A stretch of DNA of 64,000 bases, taken from assembly GCA_963801815.1 (NCBI GenBank), contig CAWDGJ010000003.1, positions 128,001 to 192,000 of the forward strand, written 5' to 3'. Positions within the stretch are counted from its first letter, which is position 1; every line of letters begins with the position of its first letter. Under the pieces are notes generated by a model. That model did not search any database and had not been told where the DNA came from. It saw only the letters and a program-made list of their open reading frames with translations. Source of the stretch: an uncultured Verrucomicrobiae bacterium. GTDB taxonomy: Bacteria; Verrucomicrobiota; Verrucomicrobiia; Chthoniobacterales; UBA10450. Of this stretch, positions 38,336 to 47,314 are shown piece after piece. A program made the position numbers and the translations under genes.

Positions 38336-40884
38336 TACAGCAGATCCAGCTGTGGCTTTTCCGATTCCGGCATGCCTTTCGCGCTCGATCGTTTTCGTTT
38401 CGGTTTTTCCTGCGCTGTGGCTCCGTTCGGATTTTCCAAGTGCGCGAGAATTTCCTTTGCGCGGTCGAGGATTTCTTTTGGCAAACCGGCCAGGCGCGCG
38501 ACCTGGATGCCGTAGCTTTTGTCCGCGCCGCCGGGAATGATTTTGCGCAGAAAGATGATCTGCTCGTTCCACTCGCGGACGGCGACGTTGAGATTGCAAA
38601 CGCCTTTGCGCTCCGACGCGAGTTTGGTCAGTTCATGATAATGGGTGGCGAACAGCGTCCGCGCCTTGATCTTGTCGTGCAAAAACTCCGCTACGCTCCA
38701 GGCAATCGAAAGTCCGTCGAAGGTCGATGTTCCGCGCCCAATCTCGTCGAGAATCACCAGACTCCGGTCAGTTGCATTGTTCACGATGTTCGACGTCTCG
38801 TTCATCTCGACCATGAAGGTGGATTGACCGCGCGCGAGATCATCGTTCGCGCCGACGCGGGTGAAAATGCGATCGACCAACCCGACTTCGGAGCTCGCGG
38901 CCGGAACAAAACTTCCGGTTTGCGCCATCAACACAATCAGCGCGACTTGCCGGATGTAGGTCGACTTGCCGGCCATGTTCGGTCCGGTCACGATCGCCAG
39001 ACGAACATTTTCGCCATCCAACGTCGTGTCATTTGGGACGAACTTTTCTTCCACGAGATTCTGGTCGAGCACGGGATGCCGGCCGTCTTTGATGACCAGC
39101 CTCAATGAATCGTTCAACGTCGGCCGACAGTAGTTGAAGAGCCGCGCTGTCTCTGCCAGCGAACAAATTGCATCCAGAGTCGCGATTGAGTCTGCGGTCC
39201 GCTGAATCGGTGCTAATTCGCGCAGTGTTTCGTCGCGTATTTTTTGGAAAAGCTCGTACTCGAGATTTCGCGCCCGCTCATCCGCACCGAGAATCTTACC
39301 CTCCATTTCCTTCAGCTCCGGTGTAATGAAACGTTCGCCCCCGACGGTCGTCTGTTTCCTGGTGTAATGCTCTGGAACGCTCGCGAGGTTGGACTTGGTA
39401 ACCTCGATGAAATAACCGAACACCGAATTGTAACGGACCTTGAGCGATTTGATCCCGGTCGCGACGATCTCGCGCTCCTGCAATTGGCTGATCCAGTTTT
39501 TTCCCTCGCGCGACGCGGCCCGGAGCTGGTCAAGGTCGGCATCGTAACCGTCACGGAAAATTCCGCCTTCTTTCAAGGGCAGCGGCGGATCATTCATCAG
39601 CGCCTTGCTCAATTTCTCCGCAAGAGCAGGCATTTCCTGGATTTCGTTCTGTAGTCGTTGTTGTAGAGGCAGGCGTGCCGCCTGCTCCCTTGGTAAGTTT
39701 GCAGCCGGTACGGCTGCCTCTACAGAAGAACTTTCGCGACCGAAGCTCATCCGATCGATGAGTTTGGCCACCTCGGTTTTTAATTTTGGAATTTGCTCGA
39801 GCGACGCTTTTAATGAAACCAGGTCGCGGGCATTGCCGGACGCCTGGCTCAATCGCCCCACGGCGCGTTCAACGTCGCGGATCGATTTCAATTCGGTTCG
39901 AATCGAAGCCAACAGATCTGGCTCCTGCAACAAGTCGGCGATCATTTGCTGCCGGCAGCCGAGTTCAGTCAGGTCGCGCAGCGGCTGCAGGATCCACGAG
40001 CGCAATTTACGCGCGCCCATCGGGGTCATGGTTCGATCCAGCACTGCGAGCAAACTCGTGTCCCGTGTGCCTCGTGATTCCACCAGTTCCAGATTTCCCT
40101 GCGTTGCCGCGTCGAGCAGAACGTAATCGCTCGGCGCGTCGCACTTCAGTGAGCCAAGGTGATCGATCTTTCGCCGCAGCTGGTGCTTTAAATAATGAAC
40201 GATGGCGCCCGCGGCTGCGATCGCTTGCGACAGGTGCGCGCAGCCAAAGCCGTCGAGCGATTTGACCTGAAAATGTTCGCACAAAGTAAACGTCGCGTGT
40301 TCCGGCAGAAACGCGTAACTGTCGTACTCGAGTGCGTGATCGATTTGACCTAACGAATCACTTTGCTCGGCGCTGACGAGCAATTCCGACGGCGAAACGC
40401 GCGCCAGCTCGTCCAGGAGCGCTTGTCGATCCTGCAATTGGGTCAGCCTGAACTCTCCGGTCGTGAGATCGGCATAGGCGAAACCAAACATGTCGTTGCC
40501 GGCGAAGACCGCGCCGAGATAATTTGCGCGCTTCGCATCGAGCAGATGCAATTCGCTGACCGTGCCAGCGGTGATGATTTGCGTAATGTCGCGCGAAACG
40601 ATTTTGCCCGGCTGAGGCTCGCTGGTTTGATCGCAAATCGCGACGCGCCGGCCTGCTTTGATGAGTTTGGCGATATAAGTCTGCGCGGCGTGAAAGGGCA
40701 CGCCGCACATCGGCACCTGGTTGCGTTTGGTGAGAGCGACGTTGAGCAGAACGGACGCTTCCTTCGCATCTTCAAAAAACAGTTCGTAAAAATCGCCGAG
40801 TCGAAACAGCAGGAGCGTATCGGCGGGAATACTTTTCCGCAGCCGCTGATATTGTTGCATCATGGGGGTGAGCGCATCCTGCAT
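38335..40884 (-). CDS. mutS: DNA mismatch repair protein MutS
   Basis: TPMMQQY, FRLGDFYELF, TGPNMAGKSTY, STFMVEM, LDEIGRGTST, FATHYHEL, SYGIQVA. Confidence 0.97.
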   Translation of the reverse strand: MQDALTPMMQQYQRLRKSIPADTLLLFRLGDFYELFFEDAKEASVLLNVALTKRNQVPMCGVPFHAAQTYIAKLIKAGRRVAICDQTSEPQPGKIVSRDITQIITAGTVSELHLLDAKRANYLGAVFAGNDMFGFAYADLTTGEFRLTQLQDRQALLDELARVSPSELLVSAEQSDSLGQIDHALEYDSYAFLPEHATFTLCEHFQVKSLDGFGCAHLSQAIAAAGAIVHYLKHQLRRKIDHLGSLKCDAPSDYVLLDAATQGNLELVESRGTRDTSLLAVLDRTMTPMGARKLRSWILQPLRDLTELGCRQQMIADLLQEPDLLASIRTELKSIRDVERAVGRLSQASGNARDLVSLKASLEQIPKLKTEVAKLIDRMSFGRESSSVEAAVPAANLPREQAARLPLQQRLQNEIQEMPALAEKLSKALMNDPPLPLKEGGIFRDGYDADLDQLRAASREGKNWISQLQEREIVATGIKSLKVRYNSVFGYFIEVTKSNLASVPEHYTRKQTTVGGERFITPELKEMEGKILGADERARNLEYELFQKIRDETLRELAPIQRTADSIATLDAICSLAETARLFNYCRPTLNDSLRLVIKDGRHPVLDQNLVEEKFVPNDTTLDGENVRLAIVTGPNMAGKSTYIRQVALIVLMAQTGSFVPAASSEVGLVDRIFTRVGANDDLARGQSTFMVEMNETSNIVNNATDRSLVILDEIGRGTSTFDGLSIAWSVAEFLHDKIKARTLFATHYHELTKLASERKGVCNLNVAVREWNEQIIFLRKIIPGGADKSYGIQVARLAGLPKEILDRAKEILAHLENPNGATAQEKPKRKRSSAKGMPESEKPQLDLL
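39662..39724. repeat. 63-bp REPIN-like element inserted in frame in mutS
   Basis: 11-bp terminal inverted repeat TGTAGAGGCAG/CTGCCTCTACA and two internal 7-bp hairpins. Confidence 0.85.
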
Positions 40885-41126
40885 CACTGAATCATGCAGG
40901 ATAATAGGCTTTGGGAAAAGCCTGTTGAACAAATCAGGAAGGGAGCGAGCGGGACGAGCGACATAGAAGGTAAAGCTGCGAGGGTAGCAGCGAGCACGCG
41001 CGGGTAGCGTGCGAGTTTCAACCCATGGAAACCAGGAATTCAAATTGTGGTGTCGAGAAAGACAAAAACGCGCCTCATTGATTTAGACGTTGGACGTTCG
41101 GCTTTCGATGTTCCACGTTTTGCTAC

Positions 41127-41624
41127 ATGTCGCACCCATTCAAGATCCGACTCGCGACGCGTACCGATCTCGATGTGATCAGTGATCACCGCGCTCGGAT
41201 GTTCACGGACATGGGGGAACTTTCCTCGGAACAATTCGAAACCTTTCGCGCTCAATCTAAAGACACACTTCATTCAATGATTGAGCGCAATCAATATGTC
41301 GGCTGGCTGGCCAGTCCTCACGATGAACCCGGCAACATTGTCGCGGGCGCAGGCGTGACCCTGCGCGAGGTCGCGCCCCATCCACAACCGAATGCGCTCG
41401 GAAAGTTCGAGATTGTTTCGGGCCAGCAGGCGATCATCCAAAATGTTTACACCGAGCCCGCATGGCGGCGTCGCGGTCTTGGCACATTGTTGATGAAAGA
41501 AATCATCGCCTGGTCGCGCAAGACCGGAATCGATTCGCTTGTTCTGCACGCGTCGGACGAAGGGCGTGCGCTGTACGAGAAACTCGGGTTCGTTGCAACG
41601 ACCGAGATGAGATTCAAAGGCTAA
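41127..41624 (+). CDS. GNAT family N-acetyltransferase
   Basis: NVYTEPAWRRRGLG, LHASDEGRALYEKLGF. Confidence 0.9.
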   Translation: MSHPFKIRLATRTDLDVISDHRARMFTDMGELSSEQFETFRAQSKDTLHSMIERNQYVGWLASPHDEPGNIVAGAGVTLREVAPHPQPNALGKFEIVSGQQAIIQNVYTEPAWRRRGLGTLLMKEIIAWSRKTGIDSLVLHASDEGRALYEKLGFVATTEMRFKG

Positions 41625-41626
41625 CG

Positions 41627-43303
41627 CTAGTTGTTCGGGTAAAACGGTTGCGAAGGCGGCACGTAATCATCGGGCCGGTCCATATAAATGCGGCGTCGGG
41701 GGCGTGACGGATAGATTCCGTTGTCATCATAGTGCCGCGGAAGAATGACGACGCGGCCGGATGTTAGCTTCACAATTGGCCTTCCGTCCGGCGTTCTGCC
41801 GATGATGCGGGCATGACCGCGACCCTGGTAAGTTGCTCCGCGGTCGTAACTGCTGTCGTCGGGATACGAGCGAGAGCGCGAATCTTGCGATGTCGATCTT
41901 CGGGTCGTGGTCGACTTTTTGTTCGCCTGCTCAGGCGACTCGCTCGATTCGGTCGACGACGACTGGTCGGCATTTTCACTCGCCATTTGCTGATCTTCGG
42001 GACCGATCGCGGGCGAAGCAGGCTCCGATCGTTTTTTGCCCGACGTAACGTCGTTGCTCGCAATTTCTGCAGGCGAAGCCGACGCAGTTGGATTCGCTTC
42101 CTGGTCTTGTTCAATCGCCGGGGAAGGTTTTTGATTCGCGTCCGCAATTGCCGGTGAAACATTTTGTGCCGCCGGATTTGCAGCAATTGGCGAAGAACTT
42201 GCCCCTTCCGCCGACGTCGCAGCGAATTTCGACGCCTCAGGAATTCCAATCGGAACGCCGACTTGCTCGGTGCGACGCAGAAACGGAAATTGGTCGTGAA
42301 AGAAATATTCGGCGGCCGCGGCACCCGCGACAAGAATGACTGCAACGGCGGCAAATCCGCGTAATACTTGTGCGAGCGGCGATGAGGGCTCCTTCGGTTT
42401 CGGTTTTCTCGGCACCACTGCCGCCAGGGGCAGTCCCAGCTTGCGGCCAATCGCCTGACGTCTTTCGATTTTGGTCAGGCAATCGCGCATTTCTTTTTCC
42501 AGTGCGACCGGATCGTGCGGTCGGTTCTCCGGATTTTCGCGCAACAACGAAACCAGCAGATTGTGCAACGGTTTTGGCGCGCGCCGCAGTTCCGGCAAAC
42601 GGCGGATCCGTAGACGCGCTTTCACCCCGCTCGCCGCGATCGGCGCTGCGCCGGTGAGCAGAAAGCAAATCGTTGCGCCCAGCGAATACATTTCCGATTC
42701 GAAATTGATTTCGCCACCCGATCGTTGTTCAGGACTCGCAAACTGCGGCGAAATCGAAGGGGCAATTTCGGGGGCCTCATTGCTGTCGGAATGCAACTCG
42801 AGTCCAGCCAGGCCAAAATTCAAGAGCTTTACGAATGGCCAGCCCCCGCTCGGTGATTCGCCTGGCACGATCATCAAGTTCGATGGTTGAACGGCGCGGT
42901 GCGTAAGACTGAAATAGGCAGCTGCGCCGAGCGCGCGGACCACTTGCAGTCCGACCCGCAACGCCGCGTCCGCCGCCATTGGCCCGTTCTCGACGATCCA
43001 TGAATCCGCCGTTTCGCCTTCGAAATATTCGGAAACGATCGCGTAATAATTTTGCTCGATCCCCACCGCCAGCGTCTTTGCGATGTTCACATGATCCAAT
43101 TTCTCCGCCGTCTCGGCGCGTTCTTTGAGTTGAGCGAGCTTCTCCGGTTCGATCGTCGCTTTCGGAATCAGCTGCAAACGCACGGGCTCATGCGAACGCG
43201 TGTCGATCGCCTTGTAATTAATGGCCGCGCCGGTTCGGCTGACTTCGCGGCCCTCTTCTCCGGTGCAAATGCGGTAATGCTCGAAAAACGTGGTGGGTTC
43301 CAT
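41627..43303 (-). CDS. Membrane-anchored Hanks-type kinase-fold protein, likely pseudokinase
   Basis: LDHVNIA, ASPEQ, MYSLGATI, RP retained; catalytic motifs degenerate; one TM and a low-complexity tail. Confidence 0.8.
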   Translation of the reverse strand: MEPTTFFEHYRICTGEEGREVSRTGAAINYKAIDTRSHEPVRLQLIPKATIEPEKLAQLKERAETAEKLDHVNIAKTLAVGIEQNYYAIVSEYFEGETADSWIVENGPMAADAALRVGLQVVRALGAAAYFSLTHRAVQPSNLMIVPGESPSGGWPFVKLLNFGLAGLELHSDSNEAPEIAPSISPQFASPEQRSGGEINFESEMYSLGATICFLLTGAAPIAASGVKARLRIRRLPELRRAPKPLHNLLVSLLRENPENRPHDPVALEKEMRDCLTKIERRQAIGRKLGLPLAAVVPRKPKPKEPSSPLAQVLRGFAAVAVILVAGAAAAEYFFHDQFPFLRRTEQVGVPIGIPEASKFAATSAEGASSSPIAANPAAQNVSPAIADANQKPSPAIEQDQEANPTASASPAEIASNDVTSGKKRSEPASPAIGPEDQQMASENADQSSSTESSESPEQANKKSTTTRRSTSQDSRSRSYPDDSSYDRGATYQGRGHARIIGRTPDGRPIVKLTSGRVVILPRHYDDNGIYPSRPRRRIYMDRPDDYVPPSQPFYPNN

Positions 43304-43412
43304 AGGTAATGACCCAACTGGCAGTATATTAACAATGATCCCGCGACCGGAGTTGCGCGAGATTTTATTACCGCCAGTCCGAGGACCTTAGCTCCTTAGC
43401 GATCAACTTCTT

Positions 43413-44429
43413 CTAACCTCGCGCCATCCGCATCCCAAGAGCGATGATCGCCTGGATCAATTGCGGATACTTTAGGCCCGCTTTCAGGGCCGACTCCGCG
43501 AAATCTTCGTCGGCCGCAAGATGCGGATTAGGGTTTGCCTCGATGAAATACGGTTTGTTGTCGGCCGTAAGCCGCAAATCGATGCGGGCGTAACCGTCGA
43601 TCGTCAGCAATCGATAAATGTTCTTGCACATTTTCTCAATCTCTTTGACCAGCGCGGAGTCGAGACCTTCGACGAACTTTCCTTCTAGCCCCCAACGTTT
43701 GCGGTATGTCTCGTCCCACTTCGCTTTGTAGGTGGCGATCCTCGGTTCGTTCGGCGGCACTTCACGGAAAATCAATTCGCGCAGCGGAAATACTTGTAAC
43801 CGCGTGTTGCCCATGATGCTCACGTAAATCTCGCGGCCCTCGATGTATTCCTCGGCGATGGCATCGCTTTTGTACTTCTCGTGGATGAACGCGATACGAT
43901 CGCGAAACTGCTCATCATTTTGAACAAACGACGCCCGCGAAATTCCATAGGACGCTTCTTCCTTCACCGGCTTCACCAAAATCGGAAACTTCAATTTCCC
44001 CGGCCCGCTGCGCTGCCCACGCGGAATGACGACAAAATTCGGTGTCGCGATTCCGTGATGGCCGAGAATCTTTTTCGAAATGCCTTTGTGTTTGCAAAGC
44101 GTCAAGCCCGTCGAACCGCAACCGGTGAACGGCACGCCCTGCATTTCGAGAAGCGAAACGATGTTCTGGTCGAATCCCGGATTGTTTTTGAACTGCTCGA
44201 CCAGGTTAAAAAGAATGTCCGGCTGGAAGCTTTCCATTTTTTGCCGGACAAGATCGACGTCATCGAAGATGGCGAGATGCTCAGGGGTGTGACCGAGCTC
44301 TTTGAGCGCGGCCATCACGTTGGCCTCGGTTTGCCATTCCTCGGTCTTCATTTCCTCGCTCAAGTCGGCGTCGATCGGCGTGGGCTGAACGCCATCGAAC
44401 AAAACGAGGACTTTGAGTTTCTTTTTCAC
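43413..44429 (-). CDS. ATP-grasp ligase, D-Ala-D-Ala ligase-like paralog
   Basis: PFTG, FP.LVKP..E.AS.GI, EEYIEGRE, YARIDLR, IEANPNP; GTG start. Confidence 0.85.
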   Translation of the reverse strand: MKKKLKVLVLFDGVQPTPIDADLSEEMKTEEWQTEANVMAALKELGHTPEHLAIFDDVDLVRQKMESFQPDILFNLVEQFKNNPGFDQNIVSLLEMQGVPFTGCGSTGLTLCKHKGISKKILGHHGIATPNFVVIPRGQRSGPGKLKFPILVKPVKEEASYGISRASFVQNDEQFRDRIAFIHEKYKSDAIAEEYIEGREIYVSIMGNTRLQVFPLRELIFREVPPNEPRIATYKAKWDETYRKRWGLEGKFVEGLDSALVKEIEKMCKNIYRLLTIDGYARIDLRLTADNKPYFIEANPNPHLAADEDFAESALKAGLKYPQLIQAIIALGMRMARG

Positions 44430-44432
44430 TCG

Positions 44433-45440
44433 TTACTTGGTGCGCTTGAACTTGCCGGTAAACAAATAATTCATCACCAGCGTCGTGATGTAAGACGCGA
44501 CGCGAAAATCCTGCTGCGGGTCGTCATTCTGCACACGTAATCCGAGCTCGTCGCTGCGATCGATCAAACGGTTGAGCAATTTGTTGATCCGGAATTTCTT
44601 TTCGTTTGTCCATTGCGATATCGAATTCATCAAGCGACGCCGCCGCTGACGGAGGTAGCTGCTCGCTTTGATTCCGGTCGGTGCGGAAAATAATTGCCGA
44701 AGATCAACGTCGTAGAAGCCGGGATATTGTTCTTCGAAAAGCTTTCGTTTTCGCGCGTAATAAGTCTTGAGTTTTACGTTAAGGAAATTGTATTCGGTTT
44801 CGCGATACTTCGGCATCAATGTCGGCGGTTTGCCAGCGAGCGATTTCATCAGCTGATCGACGTATTCGAGTTTCTGCAGCGCTTTCCAGCCGGCGTAGCG
44901 TTTTCGCCAATCGAACTCCGGTGTCAGCCAAATGGCGAATGTCTCCGCGAAATCTTCGTCCGGGTGGGCCTGCGCGTACCAATCGTCCAGGTGCATCACG
45001 TAACTGCGACTGAACGGACGCGGCCGATAAAAACTCGGTGTCTCCTCATTCGACGTTTGGCCGAAAAGTTGTTGCCATCGTTTCTTTCTGGTCAGCCGGT
45101 AGGCATACATGTAGGCGTGGCCGGCCTCGTGCCGCATCAGTTTCATGAACCACTCCGGCGTTTCGCCCTCGACTTCGAGCATCATCGAGCGCTCGAGCGC
45201 GCGGAGCCGTTCGTGCACCAGAAAAAACGGAACGAAGATCGCCGGGACCCCGATCGGCACAAACCATTCATCGCCGATGTGGGTTGGGGGATGAAACGCC
45301 AGGCCTTTCGTTGACAGCTCATTATATAGTTGGTGGATCAGCGGCTGAAGTGGTGTGTCCTCCAGCGTTAGGCCAAGCGTGGAAATTCGGCGCTCGAGAA
45401 GATCTTGGTCGCTTAGAGATGCCCACTCGGGTGTTTCCAT
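44433..45440 (-). CDS. Putative zinc-binding metallopeptidase
   Basis: HExxH (RHEAGH) plus YAQAHPDEDFAETFA. Confidence 0.8.
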   Translation of the reverse strand: METPEWASLSDQDLLERRISTLGLTLEDTPLQPLIHQLYNELSTKGLAFHPPTHIGDEWFVPIGVPAIFVPFFLVHERLRALERSMMLEVEGETPEWFMKLMRHEAGHAYMYAYRLTRKKRWQQLFGQTSNEETPSFYRPRPFSRSYVMHLDDWYAQAHPDEDFAETFAIWLTPEFDWRKRYAGWKALQKLEYVDQLMKSLAGKPPTLMPKYRETEYNFLNVKLKTYYARKRKLFEEQYPGFYDVDLRQLFSAPTGIKASSYLRQRRRRLMNSISQWTNEKKFRINKLLNRLIDRSDELGLRVQNDDPQQDFRVASYITTLVMNYLFTGKFKRTK

Positions 45441-45659
45441 GTCGGTCTCTTAAATGCTCAACAACTCAACTCCTCAACCTCTTTTGGTCGCTCAGGAAAG
45501 CGCAATCGGCCACTGGTTCCATTTTGCGCACGGTATCACCGACAAAAACTGTGTCACGCCTTCCACGCGATTGCTGGCATCTCATTATTGCAAAAACTGC
45601 CGACCTGACAGGATCGACTCCGAAGGTGTTTAAAATATTCATAATCGCTTCTAACACAG

Positions 45660-45716
45660 TATCAACGACTTATGACTAAAGTCCTATTCGGAAAGTGGAC
45701 AGGCACGCAAACGGCT
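45660..45716 (+). promoter_or_regulatory. IHF-like box plus candidate sigma54 promoter
   Basis: TATCAACGACTTA (WATCAANNNNTTR) at 45660; AGGCACGCAAACGGC with GG-N10-GC at 45702/45714; -12 element imperfect. Confidence 0.5.
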
Positions 45717-45889
45717 GCTAGATAGGGGGAGATGATTGATCGACGCGCCCCCACGGGCCTGTCGGTCTCGCCAAGTTGGAGCCCGCCCTTCGCGGCACCC
45801 CAGTGGTCGAATCTCAAAACCACGCGCGGGTTTTTGCGCCGGTCCTCGAACCGCATTCGATACAACAACCTTTAACAACCTAACAATTT

Positions 45890-46162
45890 ATGAAACCAAC
45901 ACCTCAAATTAGTCGCAATCGTCGCACGGGATTTCCGTTAACCGATCACAATTATCGGCCGACAGCGGACGCAAAAATCAACGGCGATCAAAAGATCGCG
46001 AAGCTGACCGGTTTCCACAAACTAAGCAGCGATTTTATCGGCACAGAAATGGCCCGCGATTACGTGACGGAATTCTCAGCATTCACGATTATTGCCCTGA
46101 TTTCGGCCTGGCCGATTTGCTTGAGCATCGTCGCAATGACCCGGATGGCGCGGGGTTACTAA
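45890..46162 (+). CDS. Small C-terminally anchored protein, MKP/SRDYF family copy B
   Basis: MKPT...FPLTDHNY...GFHKLSSDF...E..RDYVTE...F plus TM. Confidence 0.7.
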   Translation: MKPTPQISRNRRTGFPLTDHNYRPTADAKINGDQKIAKLTGFHKLSSDFIGTEMARDYVTEFSAFTIIALISAWPICLSIVAMTRMARGY

Positions 46163-46360
46163 CCCGAATTTCATGGCGGTAACCGATGTGGTTGCCTTAT
46201 CAGCTCCGGGCATGTGCCGGTGGAGCGGGGAGTGCCGGTCAATCAATTTAGGTGCTTGATACAAGCACTGCTACGACGCTTTTGATTGCTGTTCATGCGC
46301 TTGGCGAAATTTCCGTTTCTCGTCGAGCTGCTCGTCATCGCCGCGATTTACGTCGTTTTG

Positions 46361-46492
46361 TTTCCCGAAAACGAGCAGGGAAATCCCATTCGCGGGACAA
46401 TTGGCGGAAAGGAATCGCAACGCGATTGAGTTCTAATCAGCTGATTAACTGGAGTTTGTTGGTGAAAAATCTTCAGTGGCATGGGGTTTGCA
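46361..46492 (+). promoter_or_regulatory. sigma54 promoter with upstream enhancer-like sites and IHF-like box
   Basis: TGGCATGGGGTTTGCA at 46477-46492; AATCCCATTCGCGGGACA at 46382; AATCAGCTGATTA at 46435. Confidence 0.75.
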
Positions 46493-46543
46493 TGCTGAGT
46501 TGACGCGGGCAGTCGTCTGCCCATTTTCTTCAACCTCACATTC

Positions 46544-47305
46544 ATGCGAAAACATTTTGCAGCCACGCTCGTGGCGGCGGCGCTGTTCGCGCCGGCCGCG
46601 TTCACTCAGGAAATGCCAGCGACCGCTCCAACTTTGGATGAGTTGGTCGCGAAAAATATCGAAGCCAAAGGCGGCGCGCAGGCGGTGCACGCGCTGCATT
46701 CGCTTCGGCGCACCGGCATTATGCTGGTGAACGAGGGCAAGATTCGACTTGCCTATACTCAGATCAAAAAGCGCCCACTCGAAGTGCGCACCGAAGGAAC
46801 GCTGCAAGGAATGACGGTAATCCAGGCGTTCGACGGGAAGGAAGGTTGGAGAATTTCGCCCTTTCAGGGCCGCAAAGATCCCGAGCGCATGTCGGCCGAC
46901 GACGTGAAGGAGTTGATGGAGGACGCCGAGATGGATGGGCCGCTGGTCGATTGGAAGGAAAAAGGCAGCACGCTCGAATATCTCGGGACGGAAGATGTTG
47001 ATGGAACGCAGGCCTACAAGATCAAGGTCACGCGCAAAAACGGGGATATAAACTTTGTTTATCTCGATCCCGACCATTTTCTGGAAATCCGGATTTTGAC
47101 GCAACGCGTTCAGCAAGGCGCGCTGGTCGAGACCGAAACTGACCTGGGCGACTACGAAAAGATCAACGGCGTCTTCGTTCCAACTTCAATCGAGGCCGGA
47201 AGCAAAGGCGACGCCGACAAGCAAAAGATCGTGATCGACAAGGCGGAAGGAAATGTGCCCGTCGACGACGCGATTTTCCATTTCCCCACAACTCCAGCGA
47301 AATAA
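46544..47305 (+). CDS. Secreted LolA-like (lipoprotein-sorting fold) protein
   Basis: Signal peptide, IEAKGG, AFDGKEGW, YLGTEDVDG..AYKIKVT, GDYEKINGV. Confidence 0.7.
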   Translation: MRKHFAATLVAAALFAPAAFTQEMPATAPTLDELVAKNIEAKGGAQAVHALHSLRRTGIMLVNEGKIRLAYTQIKKRPLEVRTEGTLQGMTVIQAFDGKEGWRISPFQGRKDPERMSADDVKELMEDAEMDGPLVDWKEKGSTLEYLGTEDVDGTQAYKIKVTRKNGDINFVYLDPDHFLEIRILTQRVQQGALVETETDLGDYEKINGVFVPTSIEAGSKGDADKQKIVIDKAEGNVPVDDAIFHFPTTPAK

Positions 47306-47314
47306 TTGACTCTC

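Noticed and set aside
27575..39724. Palindromic repeats as a CRISPR array or attC cassette sites
   Set aside because: Dispersed and non-identical, no regular repeat-spacer period, no cas genes or GTTRRRY cassette organisation
40885..41043. N-terminal extension of MutS in the ORF track (902 aa)
   Set aside because: Homology starts at MQDALTPMMQQY (ATG 40884); the extension covers intergenic sequence
45575..45592. Additional sigma54 promoter TGGCATCTCATTATTGCA
   Set aside because: GG-to-GC spacing is 12 rather than the required 10
45726..45889. Known riboswitch in the GC-rich leader
   Set aside because: I could not match conserved motifs of known classes by eye; needs an Rfam scan
43413..46162. 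Graspetide (RiPP) cluster with the 90-aa ORF as precursor
   Set aside because: The ligase is Ddl-like rather than MvdC/D-like, and the small protein ends in a TM helix with no repeated Thr/Ser/Lys-Asp/Glu core
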